From Octopus bimaculoides (Eukaryota), in NCBI RefSeq assembly GCF_001194135.2, contig NC_068982.1, positions 127,173,308-127,237,307 of the forward strand: a DNA stretch of 64,000 bases. Direction: 5' to 3'. Made by a program: the position numbers and the translations under genes. Below the pieces are notes generated by a model. It was not told where the DNA came from. It saw only the letters and a list, made by a program, of their open reading frames with translations, and made no database searches. Below, piece after piece: positions 11,553 to 24,468 of the stretch. Position 1 is the stretch's first letter. Each line of letters begins with the position of its first letter.

Positions 11553-12915
11553 CGATTACTTCTAATCATTCGCATACACCACAACAAACATTTTCAGCTT
11601 ATCGAATTTCCTTGTAGCTTCGGTATAGGAAAATGTACGTAACCTTTAACGCCAATAAATTGTTCCTGAACGTACACGGTTCACTTTTTATTTTCTATTC
11701 TTGCCACAGACCGCTTGAAGCTTACAAACTTCCTACACTTGGATCCCTGGATTTTGCCCTTATATATCGATAATTACACACACACACACACACACACACA
11801 TAAACGTATGTGTCTATGTATATATAATTTTAACGGAAGGTTAATTATACAAATTACTGTTTCTTTCATTTGAAGATTGTTGTGATAAATTAAGAGCACG
11901 AAAATCAGTGACTTTAATCTCTTCCTCAAGGTCAGGACAATAAAATAATCGAATTGTCTTTTACGTGGGAATCGAAACGTCGTCCCTTTATTCTTTGCCA
12001 TAACTTTACTTCTATCATCTTTCTTCTCTCTATAAATTAGCCGGTAATATTCTAACGGAAAAACGATTCCTTATGTGAATTCCTTGGTTGTTTCTTTGTG
12101 TTTCCTGATTCTAAAATATTATATGCAATAAAAATGTCATGTGTTTGAAGTATTTTATTGTGTGCTAAATATTACATAGGAAAAAACAAAGAAACTTTAA
12201 TCGCTTTTAGTTAAAATACTTGCACGAGTTTCCTGTTGTTAAGTAACTAATTACTTACAATAATCCAAATAGGTTTTCATATATCTGATCCTTAGTGCAT
12301 TTTTCTTTTTTTTTTTTTTTTNNNNNNNNNNTTTTTTTTTTTTTTTTTTTGAAGTTATTATCCAGACAAATAATACCGAACTTCTTTTGTTTCCTTTTTG
12401 TCTTTCAGAAATATTCGGTTACTTTTGTTTCTCAATAACCTTTTTTGAAATACTATTTCTTCTGATCAACGGTAATATGTTTTTCACTATTAATCTTGAC
12501 GCTAACTGGCCTCCAGAATAAAATATTTTATTCGCAGTCACAACGTTGAGAAAGTTTCTTTATTTCTTACTCTACTTTGATAGAATCTATGAAACTAGCA
12601 ACTAACCGACTCAATAGGAATGGTACATAACACATAATAATCCATTTTACCGAAGATGTAAATAGGTGGCGTGTAGAAGTGGTGAGATTGTCTATTTGAT
12701 AAATACTTTAATATTATAGCGCTGCAGTAAAATCACTCGAGGAAAATAAAACGGGCACATCACTACAATGTTTTCTGCTCTAAATTATTTACCATTTAAA
12801 AGGTTGGGATTGTCACAACGATTCAACTGGTAAGTGGACATAACGTAGTCTCTCTCCCTGAGATTTTTCTACAAATATAAGAAACTTGTTTGTTTTTCTT
12901 TTTAATTAACTGAGT

Positions 12916-13128
12916 AAGACGGTGAACCGGCAGAATAGTCAACACGCCGGAGAAAAAACAAAACAAAACAAAACGCATAATGGTATTTTTCCGGCTTTAC
13001 TTTCTGAGTTCAAAGGCTTTTCTGGGTCGATAAAATAAGTACCAATCGAGCACTGCGGTCGATATCATCGATTTAGATCCCTATTCCCTAAAGTTGCTGG
13101 CTTTGTATCAAAATTTGAAATCCTTATA
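12916..13128 (+). mobile_element. SINE family A copy (degenerate)
   Basis: AAGACGGTGAACCGGCAGAATAGTCAACACGCC...CTGAGTTCAAA...GGGTCGATAAAATAAGTACC. Confidence 0.75.
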
Positions 13129-14065
13129 TTTTTAACTGAGTAATGACTACTTCACTGACTTCAACATGAACCGAGTAGATCACGGATGAATAAGGCTAAT
13201 CTTATGTAAATAGATTAACTATTCAGAGTGCAGCAAATTTCCAACAAATTGTGAATCCTGCATTGAAGAAAGCTCTAGGTACAGCATCATATCTTGAGAT
13301 TGCCATATTTCCTAACTGGCAAAGTTGGGGCAATACAGTAGCAAATCTATAGATATGACGTAGGCAAGATGAAAGACAGATATTGAGAACGAGTGAAGCA
13401 AGCAACAAATATAGAGATGAAATAGAGAAAGGCTGGAATATTTTTGTCGCCGAGAAGAAAAGGTTGAACGGGAGTCCACAGATGAATTGGTATAGAAGGA
13501 GTAAACGTGGGATAGATTCCATTGTTAAAGGATTTATAATAGAATCATAATTTTCGTTTGTGCCCGGAAGTTTTCATTCAATCTTAAAATTATAATTATT
13601 ACGTTACACCGTATAGTTTAAAATTAATTAACTCTGTAGAATTAATAGATTAAAGTTTTAGCCTTACTTTAAAAAAAATTCAGTCTTTTAACCAGCTTTC
13701 TTAAAATAGTCATTCTCCAGTTATAAAACATATGTGTATTTTCTTATGTAAGATTAATATTTAATACATGTTTAATTCTTCAATTTAAAGTAAATTGTTT
13801 ATATTCATTGAAATAGTTGTATATTAATTGGCAGTGTACATGCAGTTATTATACGATACACTTAATGTAATTTCTATAACTTTTAGAATAAACAATTTAA
13901 AAGTTTTCAAAATATCAAAAATGCATTTGGTGAAACAAACGAATGTGTGACATTGCGAAATTAAAGAAAATACATTAAAACAATTCAGATTTTCACACAG
14001 AGAAATAAAGATTAAATTAAAATATCTAACCGATACTGTTAGTCATGAAAGCAAATATCTTAATC

Positions 14066-14352
14066 CAGGGGTTTTCAAACTGTGGTCCGCGGACCACAGG
14101 GGGTACGCAAGGACAAGACAGGGGGTCCGTGGACAGCAAATACTTTTTATGGGCAATTTGATTTTATATATGTTTTTTAATCGAAATCTTTTAATTGACA
14201 ATAAACATATTTGTTAAATAAATAAATGTAAAAATATATGTTATTTTAAGCAAATATTTATGTATAAATTTCATAAGCGTTTATAAGGGGGTCCCTAAGG
14301 TAAAGCCTGAAATATAAAGGGATCCGCAAGTCAAAAAGTTTGAAAACCCCTG
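14066..14352. mobile_element. hAT-superfamily MITE (287 bp) with perfect 8-bp TSD
   Basis: 16-bp perfect TIR CAGGGGTTTTCAAACT / AGTTTGAAAACCCCTG. The identical 8-mer TCTTAATC flanks both ends (14058-14065 and 14353-14360). Subterminal GGTCCGC/GGGTCCG motifs are present. Confidence 0.92.
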
Positions 14353-15207
14353 TCTTAATCTATGAATAAACTTATTTGTATTTTAGCAAAATACTGGCGA
14401 ATTCCGCATAGTATCGGACAGAACAGTGTGTTCTTTGCGGATAGTTACATTTCATAGTTATATATACATAGAATGAAATATCACCTATCAACAACACAAT
14501 TTAACTTGTTGTAAATGAGGACGAATAAAGTTTTTAAAAATCATGTTTTTCACTATTATGTTGTTGAATATATCAAAAACATTTTTCGTGTTTGTTCAAA
14601 TAAAAGTCTTCAGCAATGAAAATACCTACTACTGAAGATATCGCATTTCTTGTGTTAAATAGATATTTACTTTAGCATTTCTTTTAACACAATAACCTCT
14701 TTAAGTGCTTTTAAAGACTTTCTCTTATGCGTTTTTACTGTTTATACAGACAAAACTAATTTGTGCAGTTTATCAAAAACAAATTTATTGATATCTGCCT
14801 ACCAATACTGAGGATCTTATTTCTATTTATTGCTTGATCAGTGAAAGCCTAATGTTATGGAAACTTGCGTAACAGCAATGAAATACAAACTTATCTTTAC
14901 ATCAATCATTAAATTTTACACAAGTATGCTAAGGTAAATATCTTCTGAAAATAAGTAATGAAATATCTTCAATGTAGCCTCTTTCTATGGATTTTCATTT
15001 GAACAACGTTTCTTAATTCTTGTTACGTAAACGACATACAATTCTCGCTGGTTAGAAGAACAAACCTTCTAAAATCAATGGAGAAAAATCGAAATTCTAC
15101 ACGTCATTATTCACAGTTCTTTTTTTAAACTTCAAGTTATACAGTAAATACAATACATACATACACACACATGCATACATACATATACATACATACATAT
15201 GCAAGAG

Positions 15208-15377
15208 TTACGGAATGGAGTATGGGAAATCCGGGCTATATATGTTTCGGAGCGAGTGGGCTATCCTTGGCCTGAAGAATAGCCGGCGGTATACACCTCA
15301 CTTGGATTTTACCACTTCTGAGGTTCCACTCACTATGAAACATAAGTAGCCCGGATTTCCCATACTCCATTTTGTAA
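15208..15377. repeat. 170-bp hairpin element with about 41-bp arms
   Basis: TTACGGAATGGAGTATGGGAAATCCGGGCTATATATGTTTC versus GAAACATAAGTAGCCCGGATTTCCCATACTCCATTTTGTAA. Confidence 0.8.
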
Positions 15378-15987
15378 GCTTTGTATTCTTTTTCGCAAAC
15401 TCAGCAACCCTGGCTGCCTACCGAGGAATATAAAAAGACCTTTTTTCAACTCTTCGTTCTTCGATAGAAGAAAAAATTTGCAACCTTCCGTCTCAGTAAA
15501 CTACTACTGATCCTGAAAGTTGTTATTTATATTCANNNNNNNNNNNNNNNNNNNNNNNNNNNNNNNNNNNNNNNNNNNNNNNNNNNNNNNNNNNNNNNNN
15601 NNNNNNNNNNNNNNNNNNNNNNNNNNNNNNNNNNNNNNNNNNNNNNNNNNNNNNNNNNNNNNNNNNNNNNNNNNNNNNNNNNNNNNNNNNNNNNNNNNNN
15701 NNNNNNNNNNNNNNNNNNNNNNNNNNNNNNNNNNNNNNNNNNNNNNNNNNNNNNNNNNNNNNNNNNNNNNNNNNNNNATATATGTATATAGACTTATATA
15801 TATAGTCATATATATGTATATATAGACACACACACACACATATATATATATATGTATATATGTATCTTCTATTTTTTAATTATTATAAATGTTTCACTGA
15901 AGAGGGAGCCGGTTTCCAACAAAGATATAAGGCTCCATATTTGGGACGTGTATGTATGTATGTGTGTGTACGTGTGTATGCGTGTGC

Positions 15988-16035
<48 letters not shown>

Positions 16036-17561
16036 GTATAATTGCACGCACGTATACAGATACACATAATATTATATTACAAATGTTACTTAGAAAAAAA
16101 TAAAAGGTCTTGTACACAACTCTTTAATTCGTAGTCAGATACCTCCGAAGTAAAAAGAAAACCCTTAAAACAGGAACTATAAGCATAATAAGTAGTTTTG
16201 TTTTGTTTTTTATTGCTTTTACATTTTTTATTAAAGAAAAGAACCTAACAGCAATATAATGGTCATGGGAAATAAATATATATATTTTTCATTTTTTAGT
16301 GTGCGTTCTCATTTTCTTCATAGTGTTACTTTTGTCTGACAAAAATAAAGAAATAGATAAATAAATAAATAAACAAATAAATGAATGAATAAATAACAGG
16401 GTTCAAGCTTGAAACATAATTTCGAATATTTTCAATAGAAAATAAAAGGTGAAATCTAAAACTCGTTTACTACTCATTAACTCAAGTAACAGATTTCATT
16501 TTACTAATTCAGAACAGCTTATATGACACGAGATGAATTTTGCAAAGTAATTTTGTGAAAATTTCATTTTCATTTATTAAAAAAAAAAAAAAACAATTAA
16601 AACAATCATTCAATTCAAGTTTTCATTATTTCAACTTTAAATGTCGTGTGATTATATATATATGTGAACGTTCAATACATGTGTTTGTGTGTGTGCGTGC
16701 GTGTGTATAATTATGTGTGCGTGTGTGTATGTATGTATGCATGTATGAATTTGTGTGTGTATACACATATGTATTTCTGTGTGTGAGAGGGTATGTTTGC
16801 GTGTATGTGTGTGCAGGTATGCATGCGTGTGTGTCTGTCAGTGTCCTGTCCTTATATATATATACTGTATTTTAACACCTCCTCATTGAAGCGAACACTT
16901 ACCATGTATAAATTAGGAAATGCAAACATCAAAATTAGAAATAAGAAACCATATGGTGTCTAACTAAATGTTATTTTATTTATTTTTTTACTAAACATCT
17001 ACATATATATTATACATTATTAGATATATTTTTACTTGAGGAAAAAGCAAAGGCGTTGTTGATGATCGAAATAGCAGAACCTTAGAACGTTCTACATATT
17101 TAAAGTTCTATAGCATGTTTAAATTCTGTTACGGTTGACTTCTCGTCAGGTTTAGTAAAATAAATACGTTATCTATATATATAAAAGAGTTTGTGTGTGT
17201 GTGTGTGCGCGTGCGTGCGTGCGTGCATGCGTATGTTCCTTCTGCATTCGAAAATTGAGCTGCCGATTTTGACGTATGGGCTATCAAAACATTCAGTAAT
17301 CTTTCGTCTACCAAATAGACTTTATTTTCATTTACATATTTTCTACTTTATCTGAACAACTAACTATAGTTATTTGAATGACACTGCTCTAAAATAACCA
17401 GGTTTCGTTAGAAAGTGAAAATAGTTTCACACTTTCAATTTCAACCAAAATTACAAAGTTTTGCATTACGTGAGTGACGATGTGTGAATAATGAAAGTAC
17501 TGTTTTTCCGAATTAGGCGTACCTGTACTATAAGAAAAGCTGCTTATCATCTATCTATATA

Positions 17562-17935
17562 CAGGGTGACCCCCACCCAAAAAAACACAACCCACAAATC
17601 TTTAAATGAAACTGTTAATTTTAAGGCAGTGTTGAGGAAGTTTTGGGCATCACTGGGACGATGTAGAGGGACAGATTGAGATGAACAGTGGAACAGTGGT
17701 TCTAACAAGACGGGGCCACCCCTCCACGCATCAAATGACTCTATAGCCTGGCTAAGACTCCATAGCTTGGCTGAGAGAGCGATTTCAGGGGAGACTGCTC
17801 AGATTTTTATCTGTGGGGGTATCTCAAGGATAATGCTTACCAGAACAACTCTCAGACGATTGATAAACTGAAGGCAGCAATCACAGCAAAAATCAGAGAA
17901 ATCCCCAAAGAGGAATGTTTTCGAGTAATTGGCAC
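17562..17935 (+). mobile_element. Tc1/mariner-superfamily (mariner/maT-like, third catalytic residue D) transposase remnant with one TIR end
   Basis: Starts TA|CAGGGTG (TA at 17560-17561). Decayed frames give EQWF*QDGATP, HASNDSIAWLR.ERFQGR and DFYLWGYLKDNAYQNNSQTIDKLKAAITAKIREIPKEEC (from 17802). It contains a stop codon, frameshifts and a deletion of the WPPRSPDL region. Confidence 0.85.
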
Positions 17936-18074
17936 AACTATTTACTCAAGGTGCCGAGGAAAAGCATCACTGGATGTAAAACTTCGTGTTGAGTTAGTTG
18001 GAAGCTAGCAAAGATTCGGCGTAAATTTTTAACACCAGAGATAATTCTTACTACTGACAATATCATCAAAATTG

Positions 18075-18478
18075 CAGATCTGTGATAATATGAGTCGGCG
18101 ATCATTCGACGATTCTGCTTATACCGCAAAAACACGCTCCAGCGACTATCAACAGTTCAGTTCTCAAGAAGTGCCGTGAGATTGCGTGTTTTTGTACGGA
18201 TTCAGGTACTCGTACCTATCAATAAGGCATTTGAAAATCAACTAATACATGTAGCCTCATTTATTGTTGATTCATCCATCCTGGATAACACGGTACACTC
18301 AGTTGTGAACCATGTTTCGCTTATCTCAGATCTGTGATAATATGAGTCGGCGATCATTCGACGATTCTGCTTATACCGCAAAAACACGCTCCAGCGACTA
18401 TCAACAGTTCAGTTCTCAAGAAGTGCCGTGAGATTGCGTGTTTTTGTACGGATTCAGGTACTCGTACCTATCAATAAG
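18075..18478 (+). repeat. Perfect 152-bp direct repeat (18075-18226 and 18327-18478) with 100-bp spacer
   Basis: Base-by-base reading shows the two copies, CAGATCTGTGATAATATGAG...CTCGTACCTATCAATAAG, are identical. Confidence 0.9.
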
Positions 18479-20046
18479 TGAATTGAAAACGTATGGAGGC
18501 ATCTGGTTCAAACAAACGATGAACACACGTGTATTTATTCTCTACATGAAAATACGTAACAGAGGAAGCTGTCATTGAATCTACCATTTTAAAGTCAGTA
18601 GATTCGAACCCCATGTTTTTCTCTAAAAGAAATGCCATCTTCCACGTGGCAGTGGAAGATATGATTGGATCTACCATTTGTTCCATTTACAAAGTGCGTG
18701 GAAATGATTCATTTATCACTGTTTGTTTTTAAAACAACCTTCATCCCGTGATAAATGAGGATAGATATATGTAGGGGAGGACTACAGCTTTGGAACCTCA
18801 CTCTAGACTTATCTGTCTAGCGCGTTTCTGTTGCTTTTCAACTGAATTAATAGTGATTAGACTTGCTCTGAGTAAAGTTAATTTAATCTGATAAATTTTA
18901 TAATATTAGATCTTAATTATTTAAACTTATTTTCTAATTTCATTATTTTATATCACAATGTGTAACATCATATTACGTGAAGACTTCAGTTTCGTGCCGT
19001 ATACTTAGGACATGTAGGCTTCTTCGGAAGGAACCATTCCTTTCCAAGCTCTGACTGCATTTATAGTTGCACTCATCTCTCCAAACTAGCAAAGCATTCT
19101 TACAGTTTTGCAACTATTGTTGTCTTTGTTTTAGTTGTTGCCGCTGTTGATGGTGATGACGAGATTGTTGGTCACAGATCTGCCATGATCAAACAGACAC
19201 ATGTTCAACCGTGACCACCCCATCATTTTAAAGTACATAGGGTGGCATTGTCTAATGTGTCATTTCTGTTTTTTTTATGTAATACGGTAGAGTTTACTCG
19301 AGGGATGTTTGGTTGCTATTTTTAGCGGGCCTAGTTTTCATCAAACCTTTCTCTAAAGTCCTATAGCTACTAACAATGACGTGTTGTTCATATTCCGTGG
19401 CGCCCATTTCTATTAAGGAGAGTTGAGTCATTTAATAGTTACATGAGATGTTCACAGTAATACTAAACAGGATAGGAAAAAAATTTACATTTATCTTTTT
19501 CTCTATAACTGATTTACTTTTCGTCTAACATTTGTATTGAGTGCTAGAAACAAATGAAAAATAAGATATTGAATGCCAAACATTAAAAATTATCAGAGTA
19601 ATTTTCTTTATGCGTAGGTAGATATATGTGTATTGTAATTGTGTGTGTGAAGTTCAGTTACAATAATAATTAATGAATTTAGTCCACACCCGTGAAATTT
19701 GAGCTCCAATTTTGAAGTGAACAATAACTGATCCTCTTACCTACTTTCTGTATTAAGTAGCGATATATTTTTTAATTAAACACAAGGTCATTTCCTAAGT
19801 GGGAAAAAATTTAAAGCCGACAGATTCGAGCTCCATGTTTTTCTCTGAAGGAAATACCATATTCCGTAACAAGTTGTCTGCTCAGAAAACCAAGGTTCCG
19901 ATCATTAACGTTCTTTTAAACGATCTCACTGTTCATGATGTTACGAATACAGTAGGACCTTTAATCTAGCATTTACAAAAACCACGTATTTTGCGTGACA
20001 GGTATAATCAATTTAATCGGTCGCAATACTTCAATTGAAGTTAATA

Positions 20047-20560
20047 GAACTGGCAGAATCGTTAGCACACTGGACAAAATGCTAAGCCGTATTTCGTACG
20101 TCTTAACGTTCAGAGCTGAAACTCCTCCGAGGTTGACTTTGTCTTTCATTCATTCGGAGTCGGCAAAATAAGTACGAGTTGAGCACTAGGGTCGATGTAA
20201 ACGGCTTACGCCCCCCCCCCTCCCACCGAAATTGCTGACCTTGTGCCAAAAATTGTAACCAATATTTTTTAATAGGAATGATTTTACCGACCCGCACTCC
20301 ACGAGGAATGAAAATGAAAGGCAGCCCCAGAAGAGTTAAGTTTCAGAACGTAGAGGCGCATAACTAAATGCTGCAAGGCATTTCGACCGGTGCTCTACTG
20401 ATTCTGCCAAGTAGTAAGAAAGCGATAATTTTTGACATAGGCACAAGGCCGTAAGTTTGGATAAGCGGGAAAGAGTTGATTAAATATTCAGTAATATATC
20501 ACTAGTAGCTATTTTATCGAACCCAGAAGGGTGAAAAACAATATTCAATACGAAAGTATT
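20047..20560. mobile_element. Cluster of three degenerate SINE family A copies (one +, two -)
   Basis: Family A head/core motifs at 20047-20268 (+), about 20290-20410 (-) and about 20430-20560 (-). Confidence 0.7.
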
Positions 20561-22980
20561 TGAAATCAAACGTAGAGATAATTTGCTCTACACTCTATAA
20601 ATGCTACAATTTATTGACTTAGTTGTATTACAATAAGCATATCTGCATACGTTACTATGTACTGTTAAAACACATCACATTTCAACTAGTCTAAATTGGT
20701 GGTAGAATCTTCAAAATTCTAATTTCAATGTGTCAATAAAAATGTTGCTTTTATTGTCAGTTTCAGGTTCTACTTTTGCTGAAAATTCGCACTTCAGTGT
20801 CTACAATTCAGGGTGATCACTTCCTGTTCTACTTTCTCTCTCAATCTTTAAATTTTACCAGTCAGTCTCATTTTTACTTTTATGACAATATTGTTTTAAA
20901 GAAATTAAATGCAAGACAAATTTCTTTATTTGTATGATTGTATCAGTGTTTTGTTTTTAAATTTTGACCATACACTACTTTGTGCATATAACATCTGAAT
21001 TATCTGGACCAAATCAGCTTACCTTGCATAAGATTTTAACCGAGTGCAGAAGTTCTTTCCGTCATTATATCCTGGTCTAAATCATAATACGAGGATCTGT
21101 TGAGAGTTCTGTTGAAGAGAAGACTTATCGTCAACCTATTTTGTTTCATCCAACGTTCTAGCTATTCTGTGTAGCCACCAGCCTTGTTGTTGTTGTTGTT
21201 GTTGTTGTTATCCTCATCGTACAGACCTACGGGAAAAAGCGTTCCCGCTATAAATAGTTTTGTATATCCGGAACTATATTGTCGATTGTTCATTTCTTTA
21301 ATTTTGTAAGACAGTAATGTGGGAATGGAAAACAATGAAGTTGTTATTTCGAACGAATTCAGAGACCACGCAAAAATTCCCTCGTTGAATTGAGAGAAGG
21401 TCAGAAAAGAAATCACCCCAAATAATTTGACTGAGACTTGGATCCATCCTGCGTTTTGTCTTAGACATTTGAAATAATTGTCAAGCTACCGTCCTTCGCC
21501 AAAGCTTGGGCTTGACTGTAATTCAGTTGATATGAACTGTAGATTGAATGTTTTTCAGAAGAGGACAACATCTATCATCGTCCTGGAACCCTCGCAATGT
21601 CTGTTAATCCTAGGCTATGGCATCCTGAGACGCCCACGAGTGGTTGTTGAACAAAAATATCTTTTTTGACCAAAGCAATTAGTCTATTGCACAAAAGGAA
21701 AAACAGATTAGTAATTCGGTGGAAAGTAATATAATACACTGGGTTTGATAAAAGGAAGAGCAAAAAAGAAAAAAAAAACATTGAAGTGATAAAAATACAC
21801 CTAATCCCCAAATGATCTTTTATAGTCAAATTGCTCTCATCTTGTTCTGAGTGAAGTTGGTTATTCTAGTGGTAATCTAATTAAAGTTTCTATCCATCTG
21901 AACATTCAGTTTGGTCTGGATGTCTAGATCAAACTATACTCCAAGCAAGATAATAGATCCTCTGACAAACACTGGCTAACACATGACATACACCGGCTTA
22001 GTCAAGTTAATTAATGCATCTGTTACTAACTCAAATTTCTCCAAACTGGTGCATTTCCGACGCCATAATTATTGTGTATTTTACCTCTACAGACAATGCT
22101 TCCTTGCGTACCAATACAATTTGGAAATCTTTTAGTTTATCCATCTTCCGCAGCAAAAGAGAATTTTTTTTTAAGGGTGAGGAGAAGACACAACAGTGAC
22201 GCAGAAGCTTTCAGACATCCCTGATTGATCGTGAAGCATAACATACATTTGACAGGTTCTCATTTCTCCTGACCTCCGATAGGAATCTGCAAAATAATGC
22301 TATGATTCAACCTCCAAAGAGAGGCACACAACCAGTCACGCTTAGGACAGCTACCAGGCACTTATGGTTACCTCTATAAAATAAATTCAGCTGATATAAG
22401 TTGATAGAGTTTTAGCGAAGATATCTCTACTGCCCACTCTCTATGATGTGTTGTATCGCATAATATTGTCCAGCATAGATCCTCTCAGAAGAGAATATGT
22501 CCTAAACTCGTTGCTAGCACTCAACCAAATTTTTTACTCTGCATTAAAATGAATCATTATATCTCCGTCTCGTGTTTTTCCTCTGTAGTGCAACTTCCTT
22601 CCTACTCATGTAGCTTGAAATGCTTCAAGTCTGTTTCACTTGCGGTGCATATTGATCTAAACTGAAGCAAAATAAATTTTGGAGTATTCTATAGACATCA
22701 AGTAATGATCGCTTTCTTCTTGATGTCTATTCTATAGACATTAGGTAATGGTCGCCTTTCATAACTCGGTTATGAGTATTAAAGTTTTTGGCAAAGCTAC
22801 ATTTCTGCAGAGAAAAGATCGATTTGTAGATAGTTTAAATAAGTTTTAAAATACAATATCACGGGTGAATTCATCGACAAATAGTGATGAAACATTCAAA
22901 ACAACTTTTTGGAATCGAACACTAAATATGCCATTCCCGTTTAGTCCAACAAACAATTGCAACTGATCATTAAAGATGTG

Positions 22981-22984
<4 letters not shown>

Positions 22985-23055
<71 letters not shown>

Positions 23056-23058
23056 CAC
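22985..23058. repeat. (CA)n microsatellite
   Basis: Direct reading. Confidence 0.95.
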
Positions 23059-23508
23059 ACGTGTGTGCATGCGTGTGTGTGTAACACAACTTTAATGATC
23101 AGTTGCAATTGTTTCTGTACCAAATTGTTTCTGTACCAATTGTTTCTGCTTTCAATGATAGCTCATGCAAAAGTTCCAAGTGGACATTTTAATAAGAGCT
23201 GCAGTTTTACACGTTTGAGTGGCACTTTCTCAGAACTGCATCAAAGGCGCACTCTTACATTGTGTGCCTGCCAGACTTTGTGTTTTGCTTTTATTAAAGA
23301 GGAATATATATTTCCTTTAAATTTTCGATGTTTTATTCAAATCGTTATCTCCGGAATATACCATAATGATTGACAAGAGTGAAAGGATTGCCATGCTAAA
23401 CATGCAGACAGATATCTGTAGGTGAAGAGAAGGATGAATAGACATGCAAAAACATAAAAAGTTAAATAGAATAGATATAGTCCCATGCAGTTATACGGTG
23501 TGGCAAAC

Positions 23509-24100
23509 ATGCACGTCGGTATTTCGCTAAGGCTTAACCTCCACATTTGTGAGCCCCACCAATGACGCTGCGGCTTCACAGTGGACTCTTTCGGTCTCTA
23601 TCCATTGTCGTGCCATTATAATGCCGGCTGCCTTTCACACCATTCTGCTTTCAACGAGAGCATAAAGCATGGCTTAGACGCCACAAGTTTCTCTTTCCAG
23701 CTCGAACTTACAGGGTTCGACACGTGGGGGAATATGGTAAAAGGCCAGACGGCATAACAATTTTCCTGTTCCGCGGTGACAGCCTCTCATTTGGGATGAC
23801 ACATGATGCGACACCTCCAGTGGCAACCTGGTGTATTCGGCTGCTAGACAAGGGGGTCGCTGCACGTCAAGGCGAGAAGGGCAACATGTCGAAGTCTCGG
23901 CTGCTCTCTGCAAGATTTCTGATCGAGGTTGTGACAATCGAGACCTCCGGACAACCCTGCTCATTTCTATCGGGGTCCGAGATGGCTATCCGCAAGTGCG
24001 ATCCCGTGAGTCATGCCAGCTATTCCAGTACATCTCCCTCGCCACCCGCCGGAGCCATTTCATCCTCCAGGACCATGAAGCAGAATGACAAGTTTTATTA
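23509..24100 (+). mobile_element. 3' fragment of a CRE-clade-like non-LTR retrotransposon (zinc motif + restriction-like endonuclease)
   Basis: Stitched frames read HVGISLRLNLHICEPHQ*RCGFTVDSFGLYPLSCHYNAGCLSHHSAFNESIKHGLDA..QLELTGFD / GKRPDGITIF / LIWDDT / SGNLVYSAAR / SARFLIEVVTIETSG / RESCQLFQYISLA. This matches the C-terminal Cys/His motif and PD-(D/E)xK RLE domain of CRE-type elements. It has multiple frameshifts and stops. Confidence 0.8.
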
Positions 24101-24192
24101 GTTATAGCTAAAGTTTCTCATTGATGAAATGTAATCTTTCTCTACTCCTGATTAGTAGACATTGTCTTTTTCATTTTAACAATTGACGCGCA

Positions 24193-24468
24193 TTGTTGGC
24201 ACTCCGTCGCTTACGACGTCGAGGGTTCCTGTTGATCCGATCAACGGAACAGCCTGCTCGTGAAATTAACATGCAAGTGGCTGAGCACTCCATAGACACG
24301 TGTACCCTTAACGTAGTTCTCGGGGATATTCAGCGTGGCACAGTGTGACAAGGCTGTTCCTTTGAAATACAGGTACAAGAGAAACAGGAAGTAAGAGTGA
24401 GAGAAAGTTGTGGTGAAAGAGTACAGCAGGGTTCGCCACCATCCCCTGCCGGAGCCTCGTGGAACTTC
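24193..24468 (-). mobile_element. SINE family C copy (5' part lost in N-gap)
   Basis: Near-identical to the 3' two-thirds of 9931-10319; runs into gap 24469-24915. Confidence 0.9.

Noticed and set aside
18075-18478. CRISPR-like or other prokaryotic repeat-spacer array
   Set aside because: Only two 152-bp copies, in eukaryotic context, with no cas genes.
18982-19027. Hammerhead-like motif on the minus strand (CCGAAGA...GAAACTGAAGTC)
   Set aside because: Core-like bases and GUC are present, but the flanks cannot form helix I.
21022-21110. Minus-strand exon ending at a strong CAAG|GTAAGC donor
   Set aside because: All three frames from the nearby acceptors contain stops, and nothing else supports a non-coding exon.
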